Of a DNA stretch of 64,000 nt, positions 63,101 to 64,000 are shown in pieces. The notes below the pieces were generated by a model. It was not told the DNA's origin. It was given only the letters and a program-made list of their open reading frames with translations, and made no database searches. Both the position numbers and the translations under genes were made by a program. Numbering within the stretch: position 1 is the stretch's first letter; each line of letters starts with the position of its first letter. Source of the DNA: Christensenellales bacterium (GTDB lineage Bacteria; Bacillota; Clostridia; Christensenellales; DTU072); the NCBI GenBank assembly GCA_050945855.1, contig JBMNTS010000005.1, positions 326-64,325 on the forward strand, in the 5' to 3' direction.

Positions 63101-64000
63101 AGGCAATATGGGCTCTTGGATAAAACTTGAATCCCCGGTCACCTTTGACCAGAACGTATCCCTGTGGCTTTACGCGAGGAACATTCTGCAAGCGGATTCC
63201 ATGCAAATCAATTACTACGACTTTATCATAGATAATGGCAGCATTACTTTCAATGTTTCCTTCCCCACCGAGGCAGGTTCCACCAAGGATGCGAATATAT
63301 TCGAGTACACCTGGGGCACCTCCGCCGCCAACGTCTATTTCTTCAGTTCTTCGGTAACGGACGTATATTACTATTACACCATTTCGCAGGCGGCGCAAGT
63401 ACCCGAAGCGTCCTGGATGCTTATCAATCCGGGCGGCAATCCCGCGGGCAACTTTACTTTCTCTTATACTCAGGATATCAACGCTACTTTCCGTTTCAGG
63501 ATAAGGAACCGCGCGGGCACCGAGATAATTTCGGACAACAAAGCGGTAATAAGGATAGACAACGTAGAGCCTACCTTTACTGTGGAATATACCTCGGGCG
63601 GAAGCGCGTATACTCCCGGCACCTGGGCAAAGGAAGCCATTTCCATCAAGATTACCCCCACCGCGGTCAACCCCGGCGGCGTAAAATACGAGTATTATTT
63701 TGACGGCGTTTGGACGGAAACCCCCAGTCTTAACCTTACCTCGGATATGATTGAGAACTTTGATCCCAACCATAACGGCAACGGACAGGGCTTGTTCAGG
63801 ATAAGCGCGACCAGCAAGGTCAACAACAAAATGATAACCAGCGACCAGATAGCCATCAAGGTGGATAAGGAGAGCCCCAGATTTGACCTTTACGGCGTGA
63901 TAGGCAACAATGTGCAGATTACCTCGGGACAATGGTCAAACGAGGAGAACGTGCGTATAGATATCGTCAAGCAAAACAACAATATCTCCGACGTCACCTA
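60159..64000 (+). CDS. very large secreted surface protein with repeated Ig-like modules, 3' end outside window (absent from ORF track)
   Basis: ATG at 60159 with GAGGT 5 nt upstream. I read the frame codon by codon to nt 63998 with no stop (1280 codons). Signal peptide ...LQPVGTAYA/DL. Six (I/L/V)D..xP module boundaries at 61020, 61329, 61989, 62898, 63555 and 63861, each followed by a G.W motif. Confidence 0.8.
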   Translation, partial: MKNYKLISDRKILPTIVAALALLLAFICALQPVGTAYADLYEDIHVNASPGNPDELAFSINTAGYTPGTVVGEEPSITLTLTGSARRPQDTEFYFIEQEQMGAPGVNEQWILLTKDMIGDEMAVYTPTMGANSYFKKYVYFKAVIKKQDPENPQLYYEYLKEEVPVEIIVDKSTELNYAITGVEAYSKGAGGVFVPYDFSVNAPFVSTELRFVLQTASSEPTAITYQYYYEGCGVPSIDNEWVSMEGKSITFTADNAGQINGPIFFRARHRDQGIDLRYNAQPVFARLDTVSPSFTVLATKAVSGGAYSVGTWSDQDVEYTIIPASQNVSDVNYFYRLSTGDFIEIVPSTSNGNRLYKITVSQTTGTLKFEARTSAGMINNNNDTNYNTLIDKNRPQVNIIAKDKDNTDIASVGTPPGEGYRVGYASGKIEFTIRNMDEFGAPIPNTSKVTYLYSVDGGAFNPIPQSGGQYKLTIEAGSTNIYNRQIAFKLTSDAGLSDTKTFTVNILNANFTVEMAPLSYNTHNGWASENILIDFYIADGDYKFYNEISGEIAAKQELTGVTKGQIRPSDGKRHFEVVFDRPVNNAAIIFSVENMAGDVCVLPATAPINLDNVLPEATINGVVLGSQQPIRDNEWSNGKVVLTVYPHSNLSGISVQYVHTNGIPENMTANTDGNYTVTIQKTTTCVFRLISGSGLQRDLSFQVNIDLSDIDIDIQDYDLIASRVHSQDVPLTFITSHTGDFTVWYKELGVNNDFIQTQSRTFTVPVSNEIAQGTKQFVFFLEAKAIDKNGNRKRSEQLSIAIQYNRTPSVIEVTRSNDHGSVIEQDWLRGNIIFDITNLFGHTYQVSLNGGAWQDIDVVPDNDIVKFFFSGIANGVLAYDMNDGGNFNGTVSIRAINNAGYPSNAIAINNIKVDNSRPDVINAISIEKGERDAANRKIYSAADIVLRNTNGLTAFSAYAPITYYYQIKQSSDIPPQAPTEGNMGSWIKLESPVTFDQNVSLWLYARNILQADSMQINYYDFIIDNGSITFNVSFPTEAGSTKDANIFEYTWGTSAANVYFFSSSVTDVYYYYTISQAAQVPEASWMLINPGGNPAGNFTFSYTQDINATFRFRIRNRAGTEIISDNKAVIRIDNVEPTFTVEYTSGGSAYTPGTWAKEAISIKITPTAVNPGGVKYEYYFDGVWTETPSLNLTSDMIENFDPNHNGNGQGLFRISATSKVNNKMITSDQIAIKVDKESPRFDLYGVIGNNVQITSGQWSNEENVRIDIVKQNNNISDVT

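Noticed and set aside
60228-63932. Three long minus-strand ORFs (60228..61556 442 aa, 61713..62249 178 aa, 62280..63932 550 aa)
   Set aside because: They lie antisense to a continuous plus-strand ORF with an RBS, a signal peptide and modular repeats. Their translations are low-complexity Arg/Gly/Val/Ile-rich with no motifs or SD. They are shadow ORFs created by the codon bias of the sense gene.

Overview
64-kb chromosomal segment, about 50% GC. It looks Firmicutes/Clostridia-like: strong AGGAG-type ribosome-binding sites, tRNAs with encoded CCA, and TTGACA/TATAAT promoters. That placement is inference only. I can support about 55 CDS, one four-tRNA operon, several intrinsic terminators and a set of near-consensus promoters. 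I recognised no rRNA, CRISPR array, transposase, integrase or phage gene. Main blocks, in order: (1) partial SDR epimerase, tRNA-Val/Glu/Met/fMet, AEC transporter, Crp/Fnr regulator, lipase-like lipoprotein, SDR; (2) two tandem paralogous unknown membrane proteins; (3) leuS; (4) unknown protein + ABC ATPase + FtsX permease + lacZ-type GH2; (5) a 1311-aa four-domain fusion enzyme; (6) SDR-zinc-ribbon/TetR/SDR operon; (7) a myo-inositol operon (GPH transporter, iolC, iolB, iolD, iolE, iolG) extended by an unknown ORF, a PHP phosphoesterase and a GDPD-like gene; (8) glutamate dehydrogenase; (9) nucleoside-hydrolase-like lipoprotein, Wzy/O-antigen-ligase-like membrane protein, parB, rsmG; (10) SDR, amidohydrolase, hemolysin-III, DAG-kinase-like, second GPH transporter; (11) nitroreductase, alpha/beta hydrolase, YhhN-like, lplA, lpd operon; (12) Eda-VOC fusion, PRT, DUF2156, GNAT, NahK-like kinase; (13) two-subunit class I fumarate hydratase, S4 protein, ispDF; (14) MBL hydrolase, CPBP protease, and a surface-protein ORF of more than 1280 aa that runs off the 3' end and is missing from the ORF track. 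Most interesting observations: (a) four intergenic arrays of short GC-rich hairpins with variable stems, separated by conserved 7-9 nt spacers at a 22-25 bp period. Two of the arrays are inverted copies of one dispersed element. (b) The kinase / 2-hydroxyacid dehydrogenase / SCP2 / class II aldolase fusion. (c) Fumarate hydratase alpha and beta ORFs sit in the same frame, separated by a single TAA, and beta has no canonical start codon. (d) The unlisted giant Ig-like-repeat ORF, whose antisense strand carries three long shadow ORFs. (e) The iol operon variant with phosphoesterase genes appended. All functional calls come from motif recognition by eye. No database search was possible.
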